A DNA stretch of 64,000 bases from Parcubacteria group bacterium. Its GTDB lineage: Bacteria > Patescibacteriota > Minisyncoccia > Phycocordibacterales > CSBR16-119. This document shows positions 47,625-57,111 of the stretch, in pieces. The DNA lies in NCBI GenBank assembly GCA_943356745.1, contig CALRFT010000003.1:10853-74852 (forward strand), in the 5' to 3' direction. Within the stretch, counting starts at the first letter, position 1, and the number at the start of each line of letters is the position of its first letter. Under the pieces are notes generated by a model, which saw only the letters and a list, made by a program, of their open reading frames with translations, did not search any database and had not been told where the DNA came from. The translations under genes and the position numbers were made by a program.

Positions 47625-48467
47625 TCACTTTAACAACTGAGAAACTTCATTTTGAATACGAGCAGCTGTACTTGGTGCAATATTAAAGTCTTTTATAAGT
47701 TTTTCTTTTGTGTAAGGCAACAAATCTTGAGCCAAAACAAGTCCATGAACAACCAGTTTCGATCTTGCATCTTCGGACATACTTGGTATTACAGTAATCG
47801 GATATGCTTTTGTTCGCTCAATCATTTTTTGTAAAGAGTCTCTATTTGGATAATTCCAACCAGTAAGTCTCACTCCTCCGCACTGTGCAAATTTTTGAGC
47901 ATGATCAGTAAACTCAGTATTCGTCATAATCCATGTATGAAAATGTTTTGTACCAAGTTCGTTATTTTTAGGGTTTGAAGCAATATCTTTCATTCGAGCA
48001 TCCGCATACATAACCTGATCAATATGTGTTCTACCATTTGCGTCATTTCGAAACTTTGCTTCAATCATGTAGTAGTTATTGTCTTTCCAGGCAAGTATAT
48101 CAACTTCGTGAGTCACACATCTTCCTTTCATCATTTGGTTTCTTTTTGTTTGATATCCATCTTGCCTAAGAAGTGCCTCAAGAAATTTTTCGAATAAAAA
48201 ACCATCTGGACCAAGAGCGTTAACCCCTCTTTTAATACTGTACTTTACAGCAATATCAACATCTTCCCTAACCAAGTGTCTTAATGTATCTCTGAAAACA
48301 AAAGAGGTTGTCATCCCGGGTTGAATTTTTTGATTTACAACCTTACAAATTTTTTCAGCTTGAGATTTACTTGCACCAGCCCTTACAATCGATTCACAAA
48401 GTTTATCCTCACTAAAAAAAACTGTTTCCCCTGTTGATTTTTTAATTTTTTTTAATGAATCTGTCAT
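47625..48467 (-). CDS. ATP-cone domain fused to a restriction-endonuclease-like (Mrr_cat/PD-(D/E)xK) domain
   Basis: N-terminus ..IKKSTGETVFFSEDKLCESIVRAGASKSQAEKICKVV.. fits the ATP-cone pattern of RNR/NrdR regulators. The middle ..FLFEKFLEALLRQDGYQ...HEVDILAWKDNNYYMIEAKFR.. fits the Mrr catalytic PD-(D/E)xK pattern. Confidence 0.6.
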   Translation of the reverse strand: MTDSLKKIKKSTGETVFFSEDKLCESIVRAGASKSQAEKICKVVNQKIQPGMTTSFVFRDTLRHLVREDVDIAVKYSIKRGVNALGPDGFLFEKFLEALLRQDGYQTKRNQMMKGRCVTHEVDILAWKDNNYYMIEAKFRNDANGRTHIDQVMYADARMKDIASNPKNNELGTKHFHTWIMTNTEFTDHAQKFAQCGGVRLTGWNYPNRDSLQKMIERTKAYPITVIPSMSEDARSKLVVHGLVLAQDLLPYTKEKLIKDFNIAPSTAARIQNEVSQLLK

Positions 48468-49381
48468 GGTTTTAATATATTAGTTAATGCATCCTCCAAG
48501 GTTTTAAAAGTGATTATATTGCCAAGCTCCCAAGCTCGAAGAGAAACAACTTTTTGGCTAGAAGTAATTTCTTCTGTAAATCCTCTATATTTGAGACGAA
48601 ATATGAATTTAGGAATCTTTAGGAAGTGAGGTTTTTCAAGAGTTTTTGCTAGTTGAAGAGAAAATTCTTGATATCTTACTGATTGAGGTGATACGGCATT
48701 TATAATTCCTTGAAAATTCTCATTTTTTATAACTGCAATATATATTTGAACAAGGTCAGCAATATGCATCCACGGGAACCAATTTTTTCCTTTTCCAACA
48801 GGACCACCTAAGCCTTTTTCATATATTAGCTTTAAAGCAGAAATAATTCCTGATTCACCTAAAATATTTCCCTGACGGATAATAACTGTTCTTGCGCCGT
48901 ATTTCACAGCTCGAGAACCTTCTTGCTCCCACTCAGAAGCAACGTGTGCAAGATAGGTATTTTTTTTACTTGGACTTCCTTCAGATAAAGTCTCTTCTCC
49001 ACAATCACCATACCATCCCGTTGCAGATACTTGGATAAAAGTTTTAGGGCAAAGATTTTTATCTTTAAAAGAAGATACGAGATTTCTTGTTGTTATAATT
49101 CTACTGGTATATATAGATTCTTTATGTTCTTTGTTCCAAGGACCCATGATAGATCTTCCAGCAAGATTAATAACAACGTCAGGATTTTTTATAAGCTGAC
49201 TATCAGGAACACCTTTTTCATAAGTGCCTTGAATAAAAGCAACACCGGAAATCTTTGATGCAACAAGATCAACAGAAACAACACTATTACCTTGGCGTAA
49301 AAGTTCACGAGAGAGTTTAGAACCTATAAAACCAGAACCACCGATAATAATTATTTTCATATATCTAATTATATCAAACAA
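48464..49381 (-). CDS. NAD-dependent epimerase/dehydratase family protein (YfcH/SDR39U1-like)
   Basis: MKIIIIGGSGFIGSKL.. Rossmann motif; 305 aa; C-terminal DUF1731-like region. Confidence 0.7.
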   Translation of the reverse strand: MFDIIRYMKIIIIGGSGFIGSKLSRELLRQGNSVVSVDLVASKISGVAFIQGTYEKGVPDSQLIKNPDVVINLAGRSIMGPWNKEHKESIYTSRIITTRNLVSSFKDKNLCPKTFIQVSATGWYGDCGEETLSEGSPSKKNTYLAHVASEWEQEGSRAVKYGARTVIIRQGNILGESGIISALKLIYEKGLGGPVGKGKNWFPWMHIADLVQIYIAVIKNENFQGIINAVSPQSVRYQEFSLQLAKTLEKPHFLKIPKFIFRLKYRGFTEEITSSQKVVSLRAWELGNIITFKTLEDALTNILKP

Positions 49382-49408
49382 AAACGCATCATACGATGCG
49401 TTTTTGTT
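49376..49408. terminator. hairpin aaaacgcatc-atac-gatgcgttttt
   Basis: Perfect 10-bp stem flanked by A-run and T-run. Confidence 0.7.
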
Positions 49409-50127
49409 TATTTTTTACCAATAAGTACTGAAACTATTTGATCTACTTGAGCAAATGGAGTTGCACCTCGCAAAGGAAAAGTTTCTCCATTAGAAGTAAT
49501 AACGATTGAATGAGGTGTTCCGTTTGCACCAATCAATCTTGCTTCAGCGGCATTTTCCTGCACAGCTTTTGCAACCTCTTCACTTCCCTGACATTCCCAG
49601 AAATCTTCTTCGCTTGAAAAACCAAGTTTAAGGGCCTCTTGAACAAGAATATCATTTGTGATGTCTGGAAATTCTGCAAACAAAGCATCTGAATATTGCC
49701 AGAATGCCTCATCACCAAGTCTTTGCCCTACACACTCAGAAGCAAGAGCTGCTTCATTGTTTCGATATGGAAGATGTCTGTAAACCCAAGCAACATCATC
49801 AGGATATTTTTCTACAATATCCCGAAGTGTTGGATGAAACGAAGCGCAGAAACCACAACCAAAATCAGAAAACTCAACAATTGTAACTTTTGGGCGCTTT
49901 GCACCTCGTATAAAGTCTTCCTTGTCATCCACTTCATACAGAAGTTTTGCTCCCCCAGACTCTTCTGCAATTCTATTTGTTGCATCTGTAAGTGCTGAAG
50001 ACCGATTAAAGAAAATCTGAGACACTAGAATAGATATAGCTATTAATGCACCGGCAATAATAATTGCCTTTTGCGTTGTAAGTCCAGAAAAAACTTTTTT
50101 TATGTGGTTTTTATTTTCTTCATGCAT
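49408..50127 (-). CDS. DsbA-family thiol:disulfide oxidoreductase, membrane-anchored (BdbD-like)
   Basis: TM anchor then ..TIVEFSDFGCGFCASFHP.. (thioredoxin-fold CxxC). Start is ambiguous between 50127 and 50136; either overlaps the SET gene 3' end by about 30 nt. Confidence 0.8.
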   Translation of the reverse strand: MHEENKNHIKKVFSGLTTQKAIIIAGALIAISILVSQIFFNRSSALTDATNRIAEESGGAKLLYEVDDKEDFIRGAKRPKVTIVEFSDFGCGFCASFHPTLRDIVEKYPDDVAWVYRHLPYRNNEAALASECVGQRLGDEAFWQYSDALFAEFPDITNDILVQEALKLGFSSEEDFWECQGSEEVAKAVQENAAEARLIGANGTPHSIVITSNGETFPLRGATPFAQVDQIVSVLIGKK

Positions 50128-50519
50128 GATGTGCATTTACATCCTATTGGTTTTATAAATTCGTTAAAATATTCCTTACCGTAATCGTAGTTTATCTCTT
50201 CACCCTTTGCAATATCTTTTATTGCGTAAATTTTTATTTCACCCCTATCAATCTCCACTTCTGCATTTGGTTTACATGCATGATTGATATATCGTGCAAT
50301 ATTTTCACGCATTGCACCGTCAATTGTAAAATGATCATCGACTTCAAAGAGATACTTCCCTGGATGGTCTTCGCATTTTGCGTTTGGGATAATTTCACCA
50401 ACATAATCGATGATGTAATCACCCTTTTTAATTTGCTCTTCAGCAAAAAGACCAAGCCCAGCACCCTTTTCAGCTCTTCCTACTTTTACTTTTTTTCCAA
50501 TTACCGGTTTTATTTTCAT
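50100..50519 (-). CDS. SET-domain protein (putative lysine methyltransferase)
   Basis: 139 aa: ..GLGLFAEEQIKKGDYIIDYVGE.., NHACKPN (NHSC-like), ..GEEINYDYG.. (ELxxDY-like) and a post-SET Cys cluster GCKCTSC. Confidence 0.8.
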   Translation of the reverse strand: MKIKPVIGKKVKVGRAEKGAGLGLFAEEQIKKGDYIIDYVGEIIPNAKCEDHPGKYLFEVDDHFTIDGAMRENIARYINHACKPNAEVEIDRGEIKIYAIKDIAKGEEINYDYGKEYFNEFIKPIGCKCTSCMKKIKTT

Positions 50520-50541
50520 ACAAGGGAAATATTATTGTGTA

Positions 50542-51198
50542 TTAATTTGAAGTAGTGTAAACAACGAAATCTAGTTTAATAGTATCTTCAACAACAGAGT
50601 CTCCAATATCTTCAAAGAAAGATGATGAAAGAGTTGTTACACCCCAAAGAGTTCGATCGAGTTCGAATTGTCCTTGAATTTCATATCCTGTTTCTGTTTG
50701 TGAAAGAGTATAAGGAACAATAACTTCCTGTGTTACACCTTTCATAGTAAGCAAACCTTGCACTTGCTCATCTGCTTTTCCTGTAATAACAAAATTTGCT
50801 TGTGGATATGTTTCTACATCAAAAAAGTCAGCACTCTTAAGGTGATTTATAAGCATTTCTGGCTCATTTTCTCCAGAAAGAGTTGTCATATCAATAACAA
50901 GTTGTCCACCAACAACTTCCATTTCACCTGCTTCATTTTTTGGAGCAAGACCTAGGAAGGAAATATTTGTATCAAACTTGAGAGTTCCTGTATGACTCTT
51001 GATCTGAATTTTATTTTCTCCAAACCATGTAATGTAAGATTCATTACTAATTTTTTGTTGAGAGAAGTCACCCACAGAAGGAGTGAAATTTGCTGTTTCT
51101 CCGTTTGTAAGAGATGTGTTTTTTACAAAATCAACATTTCTAAAAACAAGAAATAGCACCACGATAACTAAAACAACGAGAAGGATTTTTTTAACCAT
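50542..51198 (-). CDS. YceI-like domain protein (secreted or anchored)
   Basis: Signal/anchor then ..WFGENKIQIKSHTGTLKFD.., ..HLKSADFFDVETYPQANFVITGK..GLLTMKGVTQEV.. matching the YceI family pattern. Confidence 0.65.
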   Translation of the reverse strand: MVKKILLVVLVIVVLFLVFRNVDFVKNTSLTNGETANFTPSVGDFSQQKISNESYITWFGENKIQIKSHTGTLKFDTNISFLGLAPKNEAGEMEVVGGQLVIDMTTLSGENEPEMLINHLKSADFFDVETYPQANFVITGKADEQVQGLLTMKGVTQEVIVPYTLSQTETGYEIQGQFELDRTLWGVTTLSSSFFEDIGDSVVEDTIKLDFVVYTTSN

Positions 51199-51207
51199 AT
51201 ATTTAAA

Positions 51208-52188
51208 TTAACTAGCTTTGTTATTTACTTCGTAATTAGTATTTTGTGATTCAAAGAAGTTTACAAGCTCATAGACATCAGTTGCTGTTGTCATCCATTT
51301 TGCAGGATTTGCAACATTGTAATATGGCTCAAGTCCAAGTTCTTCAAGTCGTCGATCTGCAACATACTGCACGTATTGATTTACGTATTCTGCATTAAGA
51401 CCAAGAATTCCATTTGGGAACAAGTCTTTGTTGTATTCAACTTCACAATTTACCCCCTCAATAATAATATTTCTTATCTCATCTGCAAAGTCCGCAGTGA
51501 GGAGTTCAGCATTCTCTTCAAGGATTGTCAAAATAAGGTTGATACCAAATTTAAGGTGAAGGGACTCATCTCGAATTACCCAGTTAATCATAGAACCGAA
51601 GTTTCGAAGTTTGTTTCTCTGTCTAAATGAAAGCATTACCATGAATCCTGAGTAGAACCATGTTCCCTCCATTACAATATTAGTCGCAACAAGATTTCGA
51701 ATAAAGTCTTTCTTTCCTTCAGCTGTTTCAATATCGAGACTTTGTTCAGTCATTCGTTCCATATATTTATTAATGAAATCTTCCTTCTTTTTCATTGAAG
51801 GCGTTTCAAGGTGAACCTTATAGATTTCATCTCGATCAAATGGGAATGTTTCGAGAACATATTCAAACGCAACACAGTGATTTGCCTCTTCCCACATTTG
51901 TTTTACCAAATACAGGTGGCATTCTGCTGATTTCAAATAAGGATATACCCCAAGTGCAAGTGAACGATTTACGATAAGTTCTGCTGGATTAAAAAATGCC
52001 ATAACAAACTTTACCGCCCTTTGTTCGTCCTCTGTCATTGCTTCAAAATCTTGAAGATCTTCTCGAAGAACAATTTCGTGAGGATACCATGTGTTTCGTA
52101 CCGCTTGATCATACAATTCTCGTGCCCAAGGATATTGACTTGGGTGCAAATTTACATCTGTTGGTGATGCTTTTCCAATGAGTGCCAT
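51208..52188 (-). CDS. nrdB: ribonucleoside-diphosphate reductase beta subunit (class I R2)
   Basis: Ferritin-like di-iron protein (..EANHCVAFEYVLE.., ..MVMLSFRQ.., ..DESLHLKFG..), adjacent to nrdA. Confidence 0.85.
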   Translation of the reverse strand: MALIGKASPTDVNLHPSQYPWARELYDQAVRNTWYPHEIVLREDLQDFEAMTEDEQRAVKFVMAFFNPAELIVNRSLALGVYPYLKSAECHLYLVKQMWEEANHCVAFEYVLETFPFDRDEIYKVHLETPSMKKKEDFINKYMERMTEQSLDIETAEGKKDFIRNLVATNIVMEGTWFYSGFMVMLSFRQRNKLRNFGSMINWVIRDESLHLKFGINLILTILEENAELLTADFADEIRNIIIEGVNCEVEYNKDLFPNGILGLNAEYVNQYVQYVADRRLEELGLEPYYNVANPAKWMTTATDVYELVNFFESQNTNYEVNNKAS

Positions 52189-52303
52189 ATATATAAATAA
52201 ATCTTAAAGTGTAATAATTAAAAAATTACTTGTGTCTGGGGAAACCCCTTTAACACCTTACACGACTAATAAAACGACCTTATTTCTGATAATCAAATAT
52301 TAT

Positions 52304-54835
52304 TTATTGACAACTGTCACACTGATTCAAGAGTGAAGGATCTTCTGGAACTGTTTCACTTATTCCCCCGTCAGCCATTGCGTAACTGATTTTTGGCTTT
52401 ACAGCTTGAACAGTTTCTTCCACTGCTACAGGTGATGGAGTTGGTGTACTTTGAAGCGCTGCAAAACCTTTTCGCCCTAGTGTTTCTCGCTTGTTTACTG
52501 TAACTGTACTTTGTTCAGCGTTGTGTCGCGGCTTTACATGTGCGTAGTACGTTGATTTCAAACCTTTTTCCCATGCATCACTATAGATGCTTGAGAGTTC
52601 GTCATTTTCTCTTGTTTCAAGATACATATTTCGAGAAATTGCTTGGTCAATCCACTTTTGTGCTCGCGCAGTAACCTCAATAACAGCTTTTGGATTAATT
52701 TCAAATGAAGATTTATATCGATTTCGAACATCTTCAGGAATTTCAAGAATATGCTGAACATCTCCATGACTTTCAATAATTTTTGTTCGAGTTTTTTCCC
52801 AAAGACCAAGTGTCTTAAGTTCATTTACCAAGTTCACGTTAATGTCCATGTATTTTCCAGAGAATTTACTTCGAGCAAACACTTGAGCAAATCGAGCATC
52901 CATCCCAGGAACAGTTCCTGCAACAAGACCAATATTTGCATTTGGTGCAACAGCCATAAGTGTCGCGTTTCGCATTCCCTTTTTTACTTTTACTCGAAGC
53001 GCATCCCAATCAAGTCCGCCATGATGCATTCCCGTATCAACAGTAAGCTTTCCTCCTCGAACCTTATTAAGTTCTGCAAGAGTATCGTATGGAACCATTC
53101 CCTTACTCCATCTTGATCCTTCGAAATTTGCATATGAACCTCTTTCTTGTGCAAGATCTGCACTTGTATCAATTGCAATGTAACTAATGAATTCGAATAC
53201 CTGATCAATGAATTTGTAGGTTTGTTCACTTTCATATGCCCAACCCATTTTTTCAATAGTGTCTGCAATTCCCATAACTCCCATGCCAACAGCTCGATTG
53301 TTTTGATCTGAATTTCGAGCCTCTGCTACTGGAAGTACATTGATATCAAGAAGATTATCAAGTGAACGAATACCTGTTCGTACTGTTGTCTCAAGTTTTT
53401 GCCAGTCTAACTCTCTTCCTTTTAAGTGTGTTGCAAGGTTAAGTGATCCGAGATTGCATACAGCAATGTTGTCTTTATCTTGCGGAAGTGCAATTTCTGT
53501 ACAAAGATTAGACATATGAATTGTTCCAGTGTTGTTGTTGATTGCCCGAACATTGAATGCATCTTTCCATGTGAGCCATGGGTGTGATGTACTTACAAGT
53601 GCAACAAGCATTTTTTTCCAAATCTTCACAGCACTATCAACTTTATGAAGTCGAAGTTTTCCTTCTTGAGCCATCGTAATATATTCAGCATATCGCTTTG
53701 AGAATTTTTCTCCATACAACTCAACAAGATCTGGTGTTTCTTTTGGATCGAACATATACCATTCTTCATCAGCGTGAACTCGTCGCATAAATTCGTCGTT
53801 AATATACGCCGCAGTATTTGCTGTTCTCATTCTCTCGTGTTCGTCTCCTGCGTTGTGTTTCCAATCAATAAATTCTGGAAAATCCATGTGCCATGGTTCC
53901 ATATAGAAACAAAGCGCTCCTTTTTTCTTTCCACCTCGAACGATTGAACGAATAGCAACGTCCATGATTTTTGCAAAAGTTGTTGGACCACTTGAAGCTC
54001 CTCCATGAGAAAGCGGTGAACCTGTGGCTCGAAGTTTTGTAACAGAAACCCCAAGTCCTCCTGTTGCTTTTGAAATCATCATCACATCAGCAACTGTTTT
54101 TGAAATATTTGCCATGTCATCTTCCATTTGAATCAAGAAACAGTTTGAGAGTGCTGCATTTTTTGTTCCTGATCCAATATTTGCTGAACCTCCAGCAATA
54201 TAATCAAGTTGTGACATTGCGTTGTAAAGCTCAATTGCTTTTTCTGTCGCATCTTTTTCAATGAACGTAAGTCCCATTGCAATTCGCATAAAAGCAAACT
54301 GTGGAGTTTCGTATGATGTTTCCCCGTCTCGCTTAAGCGTATATCGGTGCATCAATGTTGAAGCACCAGCGTAATCAAAAAGATTATCTCTTTCAACCTT
54401 AAGTGCTTTTGCAAGTTTTTCAAGATCGAAATTGTTTTTCATTTCTTCTCGAAGAATTCCTTTTGTTACTGCATCTTGAATGTGTTTTGCAAATTTAGCT
54501 TCGTGAAGTTCTTGAACAGCATTTGGGTTATCTCGTTCAAATTCACCAAGAATATTTTTGTAAACTGTTTTTAAGAAAAGTCGAGTTGCAACAGTACCGT
54601 AATCTGGATCATTTTGTATATTTTGGAGTGCTGCACTAATTGTAGCCTGATCAAGTTCGTCTTCTGTAATTCCATTATAAAGAGTAAGTGAAGTCTCAGT
54701 TGCAATTTGAGTCACTTTTGAAAGCCAGTCAGGAAGGCCAGCGCAAGCTCGTTCAATAGATTTGTTAATTTTATCAGCGTCAAATGGTTGTTTTGAACCA
54801 TCTCGCTTTGTTACATAGATTGTAGTCATAAGCAA
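52304..54835 (-). CDS. nrdA: ribonucleoside-diphosphate reductase alpha subunit (class I) with N-terminal ATP-cone
   Basis: ATP-cone MTTIYVTKRDGSKQPFDADKINKSIERA.., catalytic ..NLCTEIALP.. and a C-terminal Cys pair (..CDSCQ). Confidence 0.9.
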   Translation of the reverse strand: MLMTTIYVTKRDGSKQPFDADKINKSIERACAGLPDWLSKVTQIATETSLTLYNGITEDELDQATISAALQNIQNDPDYGTVATRLFLKTVYKNILGEFERDNPNAVQELHEAKFAKHIQDAVTKGILREEMKNNFDLEKLAKALKVERDNLFDYAGASTLMHRYTLKRDGETSYETPQFAFMRIAMGLTFIEKDATEKAIELYNAMSQLDYIAGGSANIGSGTKNAALSNCFLIQMEDDMANISKTVADVMMISKATGGLGVSVTKLRATGSPLSHGGASSGPTTFAKIMDVAIRSIVRGGKKKGALCFYMEPWHMDFPEFIDWKHNAGDEHERMRTANTAAYINDEFMRRVHADEEWYMFDPKETPDLVELYGEKFSKRYAEYITMAQEGKLRLHKVDSAVKIWKKMLVALVSTSHPWLTWKDAFNVRAINNNTGTIHMSNLCTEIALPQDKDNIAVCNLGSLNLATHLKGRELDWQKLETTVRTGIRSLDNLLDINVLPVAEARNSDQNNRAVGMGVMGIADTIEKMGWAYESEQTYKFIDQVFEFISYIAIDTSADLAQERGSYANFEGSRWSKGMVPYDTLAELNKVRGGKLTVDTGMHHGGLDWDALRVKVKKGMRNATLMAVAPNANIGLVAGTVPGMDARFAQVFARSKFSGKYMDINVNLVNELKTLGLWEKTRTKIIESHGDVQHILEIPEDVRNRYKSSFEINPKAVIEVTARAQKWIDQAISRNMYLETRENDELSSIYSDAWEKGLKSTYYAHVKPRHNAEQSTVTVNKRETLGRKGFAALQSTPTPSPVAVEETVQAVKPKISYAMADGGISETVPEDPSLLNQCDSCQ

Positions 54836-55089
54836 ACAAACAACGAATTATTTAATAAATTGGGGATAAAAAAAAGCCTAATTTCAAGACTTTTCTAATT
54901 TACTCTATGTAATAGTGGTTATGTGGGAAACACTATCACACAACTCACGAAGCAGCACTCCAGCTCCTTCGTGTGATTATTGTATCAGTGTGTCGATGAG
55001 GGTTTTCCCCAAGTCTTGAAAAATAAAGACCGAAAAAATTAAAAAGAAACAAAAAGAAAAAATGTAAACAAGTCCAAAACAAAAAACCC

Positions 55090-55785
55090 TTATTTTAGGG
55101 GTTTTTGTTTTATTCTCTCTTCTGCAACCTGTCCATCAATTAAGTAGATTACTTTGTCACAATCAACAGTATATTCTTCTTCGTGTGTCACCATAACAAT
55201 GGTTTGCCCTTTTTCATGAAGGCGTTTGAGTGATTCAATCACAGCAGCACTAGACATGGAGTCTAGGTTTGCTGTTGGTTCATCTGCAAAAAGGATTTGA
55301 GGATTTTGAACAATAGCACGAGCAATTGAAACACGTTGTTGCTCACCTCCAGAAAGTTGATTTGGTCTATTATTCGCCTTCCCATCCAAACCAAGTTCCT
55401 TGAGAGATTCCGTTCCACGTTTTTTTGCTTCATCTTCTGAAATACCTTCCATGAGAAGTGGAATGATAACATTTTCAATTGCATTTAATTCAGGTACGAG
55501 GGCGTAGTCTTGAAAAATATACCCAAGATGCTTAAGACGAAAATCAGTTCTTTCATCTTCATCTAAAGCCAAAATATCAACTCCATCAACAATAACCTGT
55601 CCATCTGTCGGCCTATCTAGGAGACTTATTTGATATAGCAAGGTTGATTTACCGGCTCCTGATTTTCCCATAATCGCCACAAACTCTCCTGAATTAATTT
55701 CAAGATTAAGTCCACGAAGAACCTTTGTTTCAACTTCTCCGTTTCCATATGTCTTTATGAGGTTTTTTACTGAAATAATAGCCAT
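55090..55785 (-). CDS. ABC transporter ATP-binding protein (MacB/LolD-type)
   Basis: Walker A GKSGAGKST, signature LSGGEQQRVSIARA and Walker B ILFADEPT. Start is at the internal Met 55785, directly after the permease stop. Confidence 0.9.
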   Translation of the reverse strand: MAIISVKNLIKTYGNGEVETKVLRGLNLEINSGEFVAIMGKSGAGKSTLLYQISLLDRPTDGQVIVDGVDILALDEDERTDFRLKHLGYIFQDYALVPELNAIENVIIPLLMEGISEDEAKKRGTESLKELGLDGKANNRPNQLSGGEQQRVSIARAIVQNPQILFADEPTANLDSMSSAAVIESLKRLHEKGQTIVMVTHEEEYTVDCDKVIYLIDGQVAEERIKQKPLK

Positions 55786-55789
55786 ATAG

Positions 55790-57106
55790 TTAGCGTTGCA
55801 AAATACTATCAAGAGTATTTTTCTTAACAATTAAACGAGCTGGGAGATAGCCCGCAATCACAGTAACAAAAAATAGAATAAGGAAACGGTTAAATGTTGG
55901 AAGAGGGTCAGCAACAAGAATTCCATCACTAAAAGGAAAATCAATTGGGTTTGCAGCAATCACAGGAACTAAAAGACCGTACACAATCAGCGCTCCAATC
56001 AAAGATCCAATCAAAACATAAAATACTGATTGAAGAACGTACGCAATCTCGATTGCTGTTCCAGAAATACCAATTCCTTTTAAGATTCCAATGAACTTTC
56101 GTCTAGTAAGAGCGTTGATATAAATAACAATAAAAATAGTAATAGCAGAAACAACGAGTCCAATTCCTCCGATTGCGGTTCCAAGAATACTAAATGTTTG
56201 TTTAATATCATCCAAAAACTTAGGTATCGCCTCAGCTGCTGTTTGAATTTTTGCTAGATTACTAAATCCATACGAAACAAGAACTTGTTTTACATATTGA
56301 TCTTCATAACCATCAGCTTTTTTAATGGCAATTTCTTGAGCATTTAAAGAAGTGTCTCCGGTGAGTCTTCTGTAATCAGATTCAGTAACAAATGCAGCCA
56401 AAGAAACTTCGTCCACTTTTGATTTTACAATTCCCTTCACGATAAACTCTTGTGTATTTGAACTTGCAGTACTATCACCTGAAAGATCTGAAGAGAATGT
56501 AAGTCCTTTTCCTGTTACAGAAACTTTTACTCTATCACCTGGATACACCTCATCAAGAGGTTCAAATAAATCAGAAAAGTTTGAATATCGACGAATAAAA
56601 GTAGAACCGAGTAGTATGTAGCCACTTTCGTCTGATTCAAGCATTTGACCTTCAACTAAAGATTCTGAAAGTCCGGTAACACTTTCTTCTCTTTCTGGAT
56701 CAATACCTACAATGTTTACCCCTACAGAATTTGGTAGGGCGGAAAAATCTCTTCGTTCTCTGTAGTTTGCTTCAATAGTTGCACCTGATTTGTATCGAAC
56801 AGTGAAATCTTGGACGATTGGTAATGACTCTAGAGTGCTTTGAATCATCCCTGTTGATTGAATTGATGATTCATCAGCCAAGGTTGAAATAAAGACATCT
56901 CCAGAATATCTTTCTCTGTTTGCCTGAAAGGACCCTTCAAGAAGTCCTACCAAAATACCGGAAATCACGACAAGACTGAGAAATGTTAGTGTCATAATTC
57001 CAATAATCAAAAGATTGATCCAAAAATTTCCTCGAGTAATTTGCCTCTTCGCAAGAAGAGTTCCTACCACAAGAGAAGTTTGGAATTTTTTAAATTTACG
57101 AAACAT
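55790..57106 (-). CDS. ABC transporter permease, FtsX/MacB-like with a large periplasmic domain
   Basis: N-terminal TM, ~250-aa extracytoplasmic domain and three C-terminal TM helices. This architecture is typical of MacB/FtsX permeases. Confidence 0.8.
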   Translation of the reverse strand: MFRKFKKFQTSLVVGTLLAKRQITRGNFWINLLIIGIMTLTFLSLVVISGILVGLLEGSFQANRERYSGDVFISTLADESSIQSTGMIQSTLESLPIVQDFTVRYKSGATIEANYRERRDFSALPNSVGVNIVGIDPEREESVTGLSESLVEGQMLESDESGYILLGSTFIRRYSNFSDLFEPLDEVYPGDRVKVSVTGKGLTFSSDLSGDSTASSNTQEFIVKGIVKSKVDEVSLAAFVTESDYRRLTGDTSLNAQEIAIKKADGYEDQYVKQVLVSYGFSNLAKIQTAAEAIPKFLDDIKQTFSILGTAIGGIGLVVSAITIFIVIYINALTRRKFIGILKGIGISGTAIEIAYVLQSVFYVLIGSLIGALIVYGLLVPVIAANPIDFPFSDGILVADPLPTFNRFLILFFVTVIAGYLPARLIVKKNTLDSILQR

Positions 57107-57111
57107 ATAGT

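Noticed and set aside
54930-54990. NrdR box upstream of nrdA
   Set aside because: Only half-site resemblance (ACACTAT...) and no 16-bp palindrome. Not callable by eye.
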